This document shows positions 1 to 8,833 of a stretch of 64,000 nucleotides of DNA, piece after piece. Below the pieces are notes generated by a model. The model ran no database searches. It was not told the DNA's origin and saw only the letters and a program-made list of their open reading frames with translations. Within the stretch, counting starts at the first letter, position 1. Each line of letters begins with the position of its first letter. The DNA comes from Oscillospiraceae bacterium (lineage in GTDB: Bacteria > Bacillota > Clostridia > Oscillospirales > CAG-272). Position numbers and translations under genes: made by a program. The stretch covers positions 1,655 to 65,654 of the forward strand of contig SVUG01000008.1 of NCBI GenBank assembly GCA_015063385.1, in the 5' to 3' direction.

Positions 1-1085
1 GGTTTCTACGTTATTCTCAATAATCGCTGCGTCAACTGCGGGCGCAGGCTCTGCCGCCTTGGGTGCTGCCGCATAAGTGAGAGGCTTAGATGCAGGTATA
101 TCCTCAACGGGTGCTGTATGTGCAACGGGTGCGACAACAATCTCGTCTTCAAGAGTAGTGGTTTCTACGTTGTTCTCAAAGATTGCTGCATCAACTGCAG
201 GTGCAGGCTCTTCTGCCTTGGGTGCCGCCGCATAAGTGAGAGGCTTAGATGCAGGAATGTCAGATACAGGCTCGGTATGAGCAACCGGCGCAACGTAGAT
301 TTCGTCCTCAAGAGTAGTGGTTTCTACGTTATTCTCGATAATCGCTGCATCAACTGCGGGCGCAGGCTCTGCCGCCTTAGGTGCTGCCGCATAAGTAAGA
401 GGCTTTGATGCAGGAATATCCTCAACAGGTGCTGTGTGAGCAACAGGCGCAACAACAATCTCATCTTCAAGAGTAGTGGTTTCTACGTTATTCTCGAATA
501 CTGCCGCATCAACTGCGGGTGCAGGCTCTTCTGCCTTGGGTGCCGCCGCATAGGTAAGAGGCTTGGATGCAGGTATATCCTCAACAGGTGCTGTGTGAGC
601 AACGGGCGCAACGTAGATTTCGTCCTCAAGTGTAGTGGTTTCTACATTGTTCTCAATAATCGCTGCATCAACTGCAGGCGCAGGCTCTTCTGCCTTGGGT
701 GCCGCCGCGTAGGTAAGAGGCTTGGATGCAGGAATGTCAGATACAGGCTCGGTGTGAGCAACCGGCGCAACGTAGATTTCGTCCTCAAGAGTGGTTGTCT
801 CTACATTGTTCTCAATAATCGCTGCGTCAACTGCGGGCGCAGGCTCTGCCGCCTTGGGTGCCGCCGCATAGGTAAGAGGCTTGGATGCAGGAATGTCAGA
901 TACAGGCTCGGTATGAGCAACCGGTGCAACGTAGATTTCGTCCTCAAGAGTGGTTGTCTCTACATTGTTCTCAATAATCGCTGCGTCAACTGCGGGCGCA
1001 GGCTCTGCCGCCTTGGGTGCTGCCGCATAAGTGAGAGGCTTGGATGCAGGAATGTCAGATACAGGCTCGGTGTGGGCGACAGGCT
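1..1085 (-). repeat. 159-bp (53-aa) coding tandem repeat, about 7 copies in window
   Basis: The ggtttctac-type motif recurs at 1, 160, 319, 478, 637 and, as variants, about 796 and 955. Unit PVAHTEPVSDIPASKPLTYAAAPKAAEPAPAVDAAIIENNVETTTLEDEIYVA. Confidence 0.95.
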
Positions 1086-2172
1086 CAACCTTAACCTCAT
1101 CCTTAAGCTCGGTGGCAACAATGCTGTTTTCAAAGACCGACGCGCTAAAACGAATTGCTCCGTCATTATCTCCAGAAGTGTAAATTGTAATCGGAACTTC
1201 GTTAAGAACGTAATTTTTAGGCTCAGATGCAGGAAGCACGGGTTCATTCGGGAATGAAAGGGGTGCCGCAGAGGGGGCGGGGTCTTCAAGAGATACCCTG
1301 GCGACAGAATCCTCCATTACAAAGCTCGGTGCAACAGGTGTTGCAAACTGCGAGTTAAGAACAGGTGCATTTATGTATGTTAAAGGAGATGCTTGTGGGG
1401 TTTGAACAGGTTCTATAGGAGTTGTGGGCTGCACGGTTATTCTGCCGTCTTCAAGGGGCGCATATGGAATATCATTTTGATAAACATACGCATTTGAATC
1501 AGGGGCGGAATCCGTGGGCGGAGCATACAGATGCTGGTATCCGGAGGTTGTGTTTTCAAGAGCCTCTGGAGCTATGGTAGGAGGAGCTACAAGCTCGTCA
1601 GTAGTAAACTGTATTCCTTCAACACTCTCAAAGACAGTATTTGTCACCTGCTGATACGGAGCATAGGGCTCAGCACCCATACGTATTGCCTGAACGGGAT
1701 CAATTGGAGTCTCTTCTATAGTATAATGATTTAATCCTCTGATTGGATCAACCGGCACAAGATCATCAAGATATGCTGCTGGCGGTGGCTCTGCATCAAT
1801 CATTACCGTATCCGGAGCATCCCAAAGATGCTCATCCAGCTCGTCATATATCTTTATGGTTTCCTCATAACTGCAATACTTGCGCTCCTTGATTATGTGT
1901 CTGGCCTTCAAATACACGTATACAAGAACGGCGACGAGTGCAATAAATCCTGCCACCATTGCCAAGAATACGTAAAACATCGGGTCAGACCAGAGCGACT
2001 GAGGTGCCGAATCTGTGGGAGGTGTCTCACTTCCCTCTCCGGCGGTGGCTGTTATGCTATTAGCAGCCTCACCAATCGTTTCAGCACATACCGGCAACGC
2101 TATAAAGAGTATCATAGCGAAAACCAAAAGCAGTGCCGTCACGGCTTTGTCATGCTTAAAGAACCTGTTCAT
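1..2172 (-). CDS. Large single-pass membrane protein with long Pro/Ala/Glu-rich region and 53-aa tandem repeats (3'-truncated by window edge; absent from ORF track)
   Basis: Manual translation: ATG at 2172 preceded by GGAG; open frame to position 1 (724 codons). Signal peptide MNRFFKHDKAVTALLLVFAMILFIALPVCA, TM PMFYVFLAMVAGFIALVAVLVYVYL followed by KARHIIKERK, then low-complexity sequence and repeats. Confidence 0.85.
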   Translation of the reverse strand, partial: MNRFFKHDKAVTALLLVFAMILFIALPVCAETIGEAANSITATAGEGSETPPTDSAPQSLWSDPMFYVFLAMVAGFIALVAVLVYVYLKARHIIKERKYCSYEETIKIYDELDEHLWDAPDTVMIDAEPPPAAYLDDLVPVDPIRGLNHYTIEETPIDPVQAIRMGAEPYAPYQQVTNTVFESVEGIQFTTDELVAPPTIAPEALENTTSGYQHLYAPPTDSAPDSNAYVYQNDIPYAPLEDGRITVQPTTPIEPVQTPQASPLTYINAPVLNSQFATPVAPSFVMEDSVARVSLEDPAPSAAPLSFPNEPVLPASEPKNYVLNEVPITIYTSGDNDGAIRFSASVFENSIVATELKDEVKVEPVAHTEPVSDIPASKPLTYAAAPKAAEPAPAVDAAIIENNVETTTLEDEIYVAPVAHTEPVSDIPASKPLTYAAAPKAAEPAPAVDAAIIENNVETTTLEDEIYVAPVAHTEPVSDIPASKPLTYAAAPKAEEPAPAVDAAIIENNVETTTLEDEIYVAPVAHTAPVEDIPASKPLTYAAAPKAEEPAPAVDAAVFENNVETTTLEDEIVVAPVAHTAPVEDIPASKPLTYAAAPKAAEPAPAVDAAIIENNVETTTLEDEIYVAPVAHTEPVSDIPASKPLTYAAAPKAEEPAPAVDAAIFENNVETTTLEDEIVVAPVAHTAPVEDIPASKPLTYAAAPKAAEPAPAVDAAIIENNVET

Positions 2173-2380
2173 ATTATCTCCATTTCTTCATCATTACGGC
2201 TACTCAAACCCAAAATGCAGCCGAACAATAATATATTATATAATATAATACACGCACGCTCGTGCGCATAATCAAAAATAATTATAACATCTTTTATTTG
2301 TAAAATCAATAGAAAAATTAAAAATTATTAAAAATAACAAAAAAGAGCCCATAAAATAGGCTCTTTGCACAAAAAAATAA

Positions 2381-2719
2381 ATATCCCCCCGTAAAACGGG
2401 GGGTATTTCATTTTCGGGCATAGCCCTAACCGCTACTGGCGACGCACAAGTGCGTTTTAGATTGGCCTGCCAGCCATGCATCTGTTACTTGCTACCCGTA
2501 AACGGGTTCATAATAAACCTTCTGCTAATCAATTGTTTTTAACCGCATTTAATTGAATTTTCATTAGACCTATGTTATAATATCTTAAACAGTTTTTGCT
2601 GTTTCTCCGTATTGTGCTATATCTTTGACTGGCAGGTCTTTTTTATTCCACATTATACGGAGTTTTATTTTTTTCATCGGTTAACCTCTTTTGAACCACG
2701 CGACTATCGCGTGGTTTTC
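2381..2719 (-). mobile_element. Probable non-autonomous IS200/IS605-family remnant (MITE-like)
   Basis: Terminal hairpins at 2381-2406 and 2693-2719; internal leader hairpin 2605-2662; vestigial MNPFTGSK* at 2485-2511 resembling the C-terminus of Firmicute IS200 TnpA (recalled, not searched). Confidence 0.55.
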
Positions 2720-2729
2720 GTTATACAAT

Positions 2730-2759
2730 AAAAGCGGAAGATAAACTCTCCCGCTTTTT
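2730..2759 (-). terminator. Intrinsic terminator of lipoprotein gene
   Basis: aaaagcggaag...ctcccgctttt inverted repeat just after the stop at 2765. Confidence 0.65.
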
Positions 2760-2764
2760 AAAAA

Positions 2765-3127
2765 TTACTTTTTAACCTTGTTGTACTGTACGCCTGCAAT
2801 CTTGATGTAATCAACATCGCCCTCGGTACCGGTTTTGAAGGATACAGAATCGCCCTCTGCCTCATCACCTTCCCAAGTGAAAGCAATCTTGAATTCATTA
2901 TCGCCTGCTTCGTAAATCTTGTACTTACCTTCGGTAACGGTGGTCTCACCTATAAGAGGATCAGTGGTGCAAGTAACCTTGCCGAACATACCGAACTCAT
3001 AAGTAATCTTACTGCCAAGAACTTCAGCTTCATAAGTACCGCTTACGCTCTTACTGCAAGAAGCAAGAGTGAAGATGGAGCCTACGAGAAGCACGCACAC
3101 AAGAATGGTAGAAATAATCTTTTTCAT
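2765..3127 (-). CDS. Hypothetical lipoprotein
   Basis: Signal peptide with lipobox LASC; AGGAG RBS; TTGACA-17-TAAAAT promoter upstream. Confidence 0.85.
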   Translation of the reverse strand: MKKIISTILVCVLLVGSIFTLASCSKSVSGTYEAEVLGSKITYEFGMFGKVTCTTDPLIGETTVTEGKYKIYEAGDNEFKIAFTWEGDEAEGDSVSFKTGTEGDVDYIKIAGVQYNKVKK

Positions 3128-3293
3128 TTTTTTACTCCTTTTTGTTTTTCTCGAATTGATTACGAGTTTATACTATTTTATCAATTTATCAAACTTTTGT
3201 CAATAATTTTTAATGTTTTTTCATAATTTTATTGACATTCATTAATAAAAGAGGTAAAATATTGTCAATATCTTACAAAAAAATGGGGTTTTT

Positions 3294-3833
3294 ATGTATA
3301 TAAAAAACTTTTTTGGTCATCTTCTTGTTGTAGCAAGACACAGGCACAGGGTTTTTATTAACTGTATGAAGTGCGGCATTTTGTGGCGAGGACTCGTGCA
3401 CGACCTTTCAAAATTTACACCAACTGAATTTTTCGAGAGCGTGAAATATTTTCAAGGCAACCGTTCTCCCATCGGTGCGGCGCGTCGAGCAACCGGTGTA
3501 AGCTATGCGTGGCTTCACCACAAGGGCAGAAACAAGCATCATATTGAGTATTGGACCGACCCCGAGTGCGAGGTCCAGCCGCTGATGCCATACAAATATG
3601 CAGTTGAGTGTGTTTGCGACAAGCTCGCAGCAACCAGAGTATATCTTGGCAAGGATTACAGCGACGATATGCCCCTTTGGCACTGGGAAAAGTACGGAAA
3701 AAGAATTGATGCCAACCCTAAAACCATAGAGTTTATAACCGAAGTCTTTTATGACGTCAGGGATATGGGAGAAAAGGCTGTTCTCTCAAAAAAATATATG
3801 AAGGAAAAATATCAAAGCATATGCTTGAAATAA
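3294..3833 (+). CDS. DUF5662-like HD-type protein
   Basis: Motifs HDLSKF, WLHHKGRNKHHIEYW, ECVCD. Confidence 0.7.
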   Translation: MYIKNFFGHLLVVARHRHRVFINCMKCGILWRGLVHDLSKFTPTEFFESVKYFQGNRSPIGAARRATGVSYAWLHHKGRNKHHIEYWTDPECEVQPLMPYKYAVECVCDKLAATRVYLGKDYSDDMPLWHWEKYGKRIDANPKTIEFITEVFYDVRDMGEKAVLSKKYMKEKYQSICLK

Positions 3834-4948
3834 GAAAAATAAGCAAGGAAAACGTTCGCACATTCTTCAAAGAAAACGTCGTCCTGCTCGTCGCAATAGC
3901 CGCGGCGCTTATAACGTCATTTATCATACCCCCGGACGAAGAATATCTTGGATATTTCGATTTAAAAACGCTCTCCTGCCTTTTCTGTGTGTTGGCAGTC
4001 GTTTGCGCACTGCGAAACATCAGATTTTTCTATACTCTTGCCAAAGCAATAGTCAGGCAATTCAGAAATGCCAAGACTGCAATACTGGTTTTGGTGTACA
4101 TAACCTTTATCGGCTCGATGCTTATCGCAAACGATATGGCACTTTTAACCTTCCTGCCTCTCGGATATTTCATTTTGCATACCACAGGCAAGGAAAAATA
4201 CATGGCGATTACCTTTATATTACAAAACATAGCGGCAAATCTTGGTGGAATGCTCACCCCGTTTGGTAATCCGCAAAACCTTTATCTCTACTCAAAATTC
4301 AACATTCCCGACGCCGAATTCATATCAATCATGTTCCCGCCGTTTATCGTAGCGGTCGTGCTTATAACTGCATGTTGCTTAATTTTCGTAAAATCCGAAC
4401 CGCTTGAAATTCACGAGAAAGCAGCCGAATTACCCATAGCAAGAACGGTTATTTACCTACTATTGTTTACATTTTCTATACTTATCGTCTTTAAATTCAT
4501 ACCGTATCAGCTTGGACTGATAATAGTTCCGTTAGCACTTTTGTTCTTAGACAGGCAGGCGCTGTTGCAGGTTGATTACGGACTGCTCTTCACTTTTGTG
4601 TTTTTCTTCATCTTCGCAGGCAACATGGCTAGAATTGAAGCGGTAAGGGGTTTCTTCTCTATGCTGCTTGAAAAAAACACGCTATTCTTCTCTGCGATGA
4701 GCTGTCAGATAATAAGCAACGTTCCATCTGCAATTTTGCTTTCACAGTTCACGGATAATTACCGCGATTTACTTCTCGGAGTGAATATCGGCGGAGTCGG
4801 TACGCTTATCGCTTCTCTTGCAAGCCTTATTACATTTAAAGAATATACGAAGCAAGACCCCAAGCACACGCTGGGATATATAGTGAAGTTTACAGCGTTT
4901 AATTTCGCGTTTTTAATAATACTGATGCTGTTTTGCATGATTATCTAA
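3821..4948 (+). CDS. SLC13/CitMHS-type anion permease
   Basis: Polytopic; motifs ANLGGMLTPFGNPQN, ISNVP, GTLIASLA. Confidence 0.8.
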   Translation: MLEIRKISKENVRTFFKENVVLLVAIAAALITSFIIPPDEEYLGYFDLKTLSCLFCVLAVVCALRNIRFFYTLAKAIVRQFRNAKTAILVLVYITFIGSMLIANDMALLTFLPLGYFILHTTGKEKYMAITFILQNIAANLGGMLTPFGNPQNLYLYSKFNIPDAEFISIMFPPFIVAVVLITACCLIFVKSEPLEIHEKAAELPIARTVIYLLLFTFSILIVFKFIPYQLGLIIVPLALLFLDRQALLQVDYGLLFTFVFFFIFAGNMARIEAVRGFFSMLLEKNTLFFSAMSCQIISNVPSAILLSQFTDNYRDLLLGVNIGGVGTLIASLASLITFKEYTKQDPKHTLGYIVKFTAFNFAFLIILMLFCMII

Positions 4949-4950
4949 CA

Positions 4951-4980
4951 AAAAAAGACTGCTTTATGGCAGTCTTTTTT
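4951..4980. terminator. Bidirectional intrinsic terminator
   Basis: aaaaaagactgc-tttatg-gcagtctttttt between convergent genes. Confidence 0.85.
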
Positions 4981-4984
4981 ATTA

Positions 4985-5896
4985 TCAGAAGTTTTCGGGA
5001 TATACTCCCTGATTTTTCAGCTCTTTAAAAGCATTTACTACGTCAATTTTGTCTTCCTTGTAGGTGACACCGTACCACTTATCCTCGTTATCCAAGACCT
5101 TAACGTCTGCCTTGCCCTCTTTTATGAGGTCGGCAACAACGGTAGGAATGAAGAACTCACACTTTTCGGGATTTTTCTCGAGGTTTTCGGTAAGGAAAGC
5201 TGCAAATCTGTCGTTGCACTCTTTAATATAAGAAGCAGTAAAGCCCCAAAGGTTCATAGATACGAGAGTTTCGGGGTCGAGGTCATAGTCCACGCCGTCC
5301 TCGGTGTAGTAAATCTTGCCATCGGCAGTACCGATTTTCGTGCGCTCAACTATCTCGGTAAGCATGCCGTCTTCGTTTGACTGGCAAACTCCGCGCGATA
5401 CGGTTCCCTGCTCGGTGACTGTGTTCTTGATACGGTAGCCAACCATCGCGTAATGGTACTTATCGTCGTCGTTTGTATTTTTGAGGAAATTATAAATCTT
5501 TTCAAATGCGTGTGCACCATAGTAGTCGTCGGCGTTGATAACCGCGAATGGCGCGTCAACTATACCTGCACAGCAGGCAATAGCGTGTGCAGTGCCCCAT
5601 GGCTTGCTTCTACCATTGGGAACGGAATATCCGCTCGGAATCTTATCAATTTCCTGGAAAACGTATCTTACGTTAATGTCCTTGCCCTCGAGGTGAGCGT
5701 CCATAACCTCACGGAAGTCCTTTTCGATAGCCTTTTTAATAATAAAGGTAATATCACGGAAGCCCGCCTTTATTGCATCGTAAATTGAATAATCAATTAT
5801 TATGTGACCGGCGTCGTCAACCTTATCTATCTGTTTGAGGCCTCCGTAGCGGCTACCCATTCCTGCTGCCATAATTACGAGATGTGGATTTTTCAT
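4985..5896 (-). CDS. Sugar-phosphate nucleotidyltransferase family protein
   Basis: N-terminal MAAGMGSRYGGLKQ, KPWGTAHA, INADDYYG; start placed at 5896 after GGAGGGG. Confidence 0.85.
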   Translation of the reverse strand: MKNPHLVIMAAGMGSRYGGLKQIDKVDDAGHIIIDYSIYDAIKAGFRDITFIIKKAIEKDFREVMDAHLEGKDINVRYVFQEIDKIPSGYSVPNGRSKPWGTAHAIACCAGIVDAPFAVINADDYYGAHAFEKIYNFLKNTNDDDKYHYAMVGYRIKNTVTEQGTVSRGVCQSNEDGMLTEIVERTKIGTADGKIYYTEDGVDYDLDPETLVSMNLWGFTASYIKECNDRFAAFLTENLEKNPEKCEFFIPTVVADLIKEGKADVKVLDNEDKWYGVTYKEDKIDVVNAFKELKNQGVYPENF

Positions 5897-6082
5897 ATCA
5901 AACCCCTCCATTTTCCAAATTCTAGAACCATTATACTCCATCAAAACGGCTTTTTCAATGGAAAAAGGAACAATGTTTTTGTAAAATAGAACAATATGCA
6001 CGCATTTTTACAAATTGGTAAAAAAAGCCCCATTATACTTGAAAAAGAGCGAAAATTGAGGTATAATATAAAAAAACGATAA

Positions 6083-6724
<642 letters not shown>

Positions 6725-6757
6725 TTTTCAGGAAAAATCGGAGAGGAGGTGTTTATT

Positions 6758-7717
6758 TTGCACGAGCTGAAAATAGGCAAGAACGACTCAGGTCAAAGGC
6801 TTGATAAATTCATTACCAAGACGCTTGATTTGCCGCCAAGTCTGCTCTATAAATCTATAAGACTTAAAAAAATCAAGGTCAACAGAAAGCGTGCTGAAAA
6901 CAACACCGTTCTCCTTGAGGGAGATACCGTACAATGCTTCCTCGCCGACGAATTTTTTGAGAAAAAAACCAGCAAGAATTCCTTTGAGAGCATAACTCCT
7001 CACCTTGATATAGTTTACGAGGACGAGAATATTATGCTACTCAACAAGCGCCCGGGAATATCGGTTCACGAGGACGAAAACGGCTCGACGAATACGCTTA
7101 TAACGCATATTCAGGCATATCTTTACAAAAAGGGGGAATATAACCCCGATAGTGAGCAGAGCTTTGCCCCTGCCCTATGCAACAGAATTGACCGCAACAC
7201 CGGCGGAATAGTTATCGCCGCGAAAACTGCAGAGGCACTTCGCGTAATGAATGAAAAAATAAAGCTTAGACAGATAGACAAGTTCTACCTCGCTGCCGTA
7301 CACGGTGTTCCATCGAAAAAAAGTGCAACGTTAAGGGCGTATTTACTAAAGGACGATAAGAAAAACATAGTCCGTGTGTACGATAAAAATCCACCGAAGA
7401 ACGCAAAAGAAATTATTACAAAATACACGGTTATTGCAAAAGGAGCTGATAGCTCACTCATTGAGGTTGAGCTGCTCACAGGCAGGACGCATCAGATAAG
7501 AGCACATATGGCACATATCGGACATCCGCTCATCGGCGACGGAAAATACGGAATAAACAAAGACGATAGAGCAAAGGGATATAAATATCAGGCGCTCTAC
7601 TCCTATAAGCTGCGTTTCAGCTTTGACAAGTCAGAGGAAACATCACTCGACTATCTTTCAGGCAAGGAATTCAAAATTCCGAAGAAGGATATCTACTTTA
7701 CAAGCGAGTATTTTTAA
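6758..7717 (+). CDS. RluA/RluC-family pseudouridine synthase with S4 domain
   Basis: QRLDKF S4 motif, NRIDRNTGG, GRTHQIR; TTG start at 6758 fits the GGAGG spacing. Confidence 0.92.
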   Translation: MHELKIGKNDSGQRLDKFITKTLDLPPSLLYKSIRLKKIKVNRKRAENNTVLLEGDTVQCFLADEFFEKKTSKNSFESITPHLDIVYEDENIMLLNKRPGISVHEDENGSTNTLITHIQAYLYKKGEYNPDSEQSFAPALCNRIDRNTGGIVIAAKTAEALRVMNEKIKLRQIDKFYLAAVHGVPSKKSATLRAYLLKDDKKNIVRVYDKNPPKNAKEIITKYTVIAKGADSSLIEVELLTGRTHQIRAHMAHIGHPLIGDGKYGINKDDRAKGYKYQALYSYKLRFSFDKSEETSLDYLSGKEFKIPKKDIYFTSEYF

Positions 7718-7783
7718 TAAAAAACGCAGAAAATGCAAATTTTTGTTTGCAAATTCTGCGTTTTTTGATATTTTTCTACAAAA

Positions 7784-8833
7784 CTACTCGTTAGTTTTTC
7801 TCGCCTTGTACGTATCCTTCTGACTGCATCCTGCACGGCCGCCGCCGGCACACGCACAAGCACAGGCACAAGCGCACGCACAGCCGCTGTGTCCGCTTCT
7901 GTATCCCGAGCCCGAATGAGCACCGTGACTTTCCATATGCTTTTCCTGCGCTCTTCTGTAATGCCTGTTTGGTCTACCGTATATGTACATAGGATGTCCG
8001 TAGCCATAGATAAAGCCTCTGCCTCTATGATAAGAAACAACGGTGTCAAAGCAGAAAATCTCAAAGATGAAAAGTATGATAATAATCGTGACGAACAGCA
8101 CTATAAAGCCTATCCTATCAGACTCAAGGTCATTGGTCACGCTGCCGTCATAGAACGGCTTATATTCAACCGTAGGTGCGTCAAGCTCGTCGTAGGAAAC
8201 GCTCAGCATACGGTATTCTCCCGCATCCATATATCCGTCCCAGATATGCCAGCCGTCCTTAGAGTACTCGGCATTGGAGGATATATCCGAGCCGTCGTCC
8301 CTCCAATAGAAAGCATAGCTTGTAATCGGAGTGGAATTAAACCAGCCCGGTACGAACTCATAGAAATAATCCCCATCCCTCTCACAGAGCATACTGCCCT
8401 GATTTATGGTAATGTCAAATTCAAGCGTTTCACCCTTATGATAATCTCTGTCAAAATAAAGGTCTACGTGGCACTCGCCATAGACGTCGTTATATTTTTC
8501 AACCCTTGATATATTGTCTGAATAATCAAGCACTGTATAATCGGGATTTGCAATACCGAGATACACGAAGGTAAGCGGTTCGTCCGGGTCCAGCGGAGTC
8601 CAGGTAAAGCTGTATTCAATATCAAGCGTTCCGTCATCTCTGGGACTTACGTAAACCTCGTATTTATCTATTACGTCCTGCGGCGTGGGCTTGTAAAAGA
8701 TTATTCCCAGCACACACAAGAGCTGAAGGACAATCAGTACGGCAAGCAGGATAACCTTTCCCTTTGGAAAGGTTCTTTTTCTTTTTATTGCCTTTTCGGA
8801 GAAATCGTATTTTACGTCACTGCTTTTACTCAT
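7784..8833 (-). CDS. Two-TM membrane protein with extracellular domain and C-terminal (CA)6GGGRAGC tail
   Basis: TM near the N-terminus and at about aa 240-262; tail SGCACACACACACAGGGRAGCSQKD; start overlaps the rSAM stop (ATGAGTAA). Confidence 0.85.
   Translation of the reverse strand: MSKSSDVKYDFSEKAIKRKRTFPKGKVILLAVLIVLQLLCVLGIIFYKPTPQDVIDKYEVYVSPRDDGTLDIEYSFTWTPLDPDEPLTFVYLGIANPDYTVLDYSDNISRVEKYNDVYGECHVDLYFDRDYHKGETLEFDITINQGSMLCERDGDYFYEFVPGWFNSTPITSYAFYWRDDGSDISSNAEYSKDGWHIWDGYMDAGEYRMLSVSYDELDAPTVEYKPFYDGSVTNDLESDRIGFIVLFVTIIIILFIFEIFCFDTVVSYHRGRGFIYGYGHPMYIYGRPNRHYRRAQEKHMESHGAHSGSGYRSGHSGCACACACACACAGGGRAGCSQKDTYKARKTNE

Noticed and set aside
118-1257. Cys/Arg-rich plus-strand ORFs that look like repeat peptides or RiPP precursors
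   Set aside because: They are antisense shadows of the minus-strand repeat protein, which has an RBS, signal peptide and an uninterrupted frame.
2585-2677. 30-aa minus-strand ORF MKKIKLRIMW... with AGAGG upstream
   Set aside because: It lies within the structured leader of the IS200-like remnant and has no independent support.
7847-7882. Phase-variable microsatellite producing the Cys-Ala repeat
   Set aside because: Third codon positions vary, so it is not a perfect DNA repeat.
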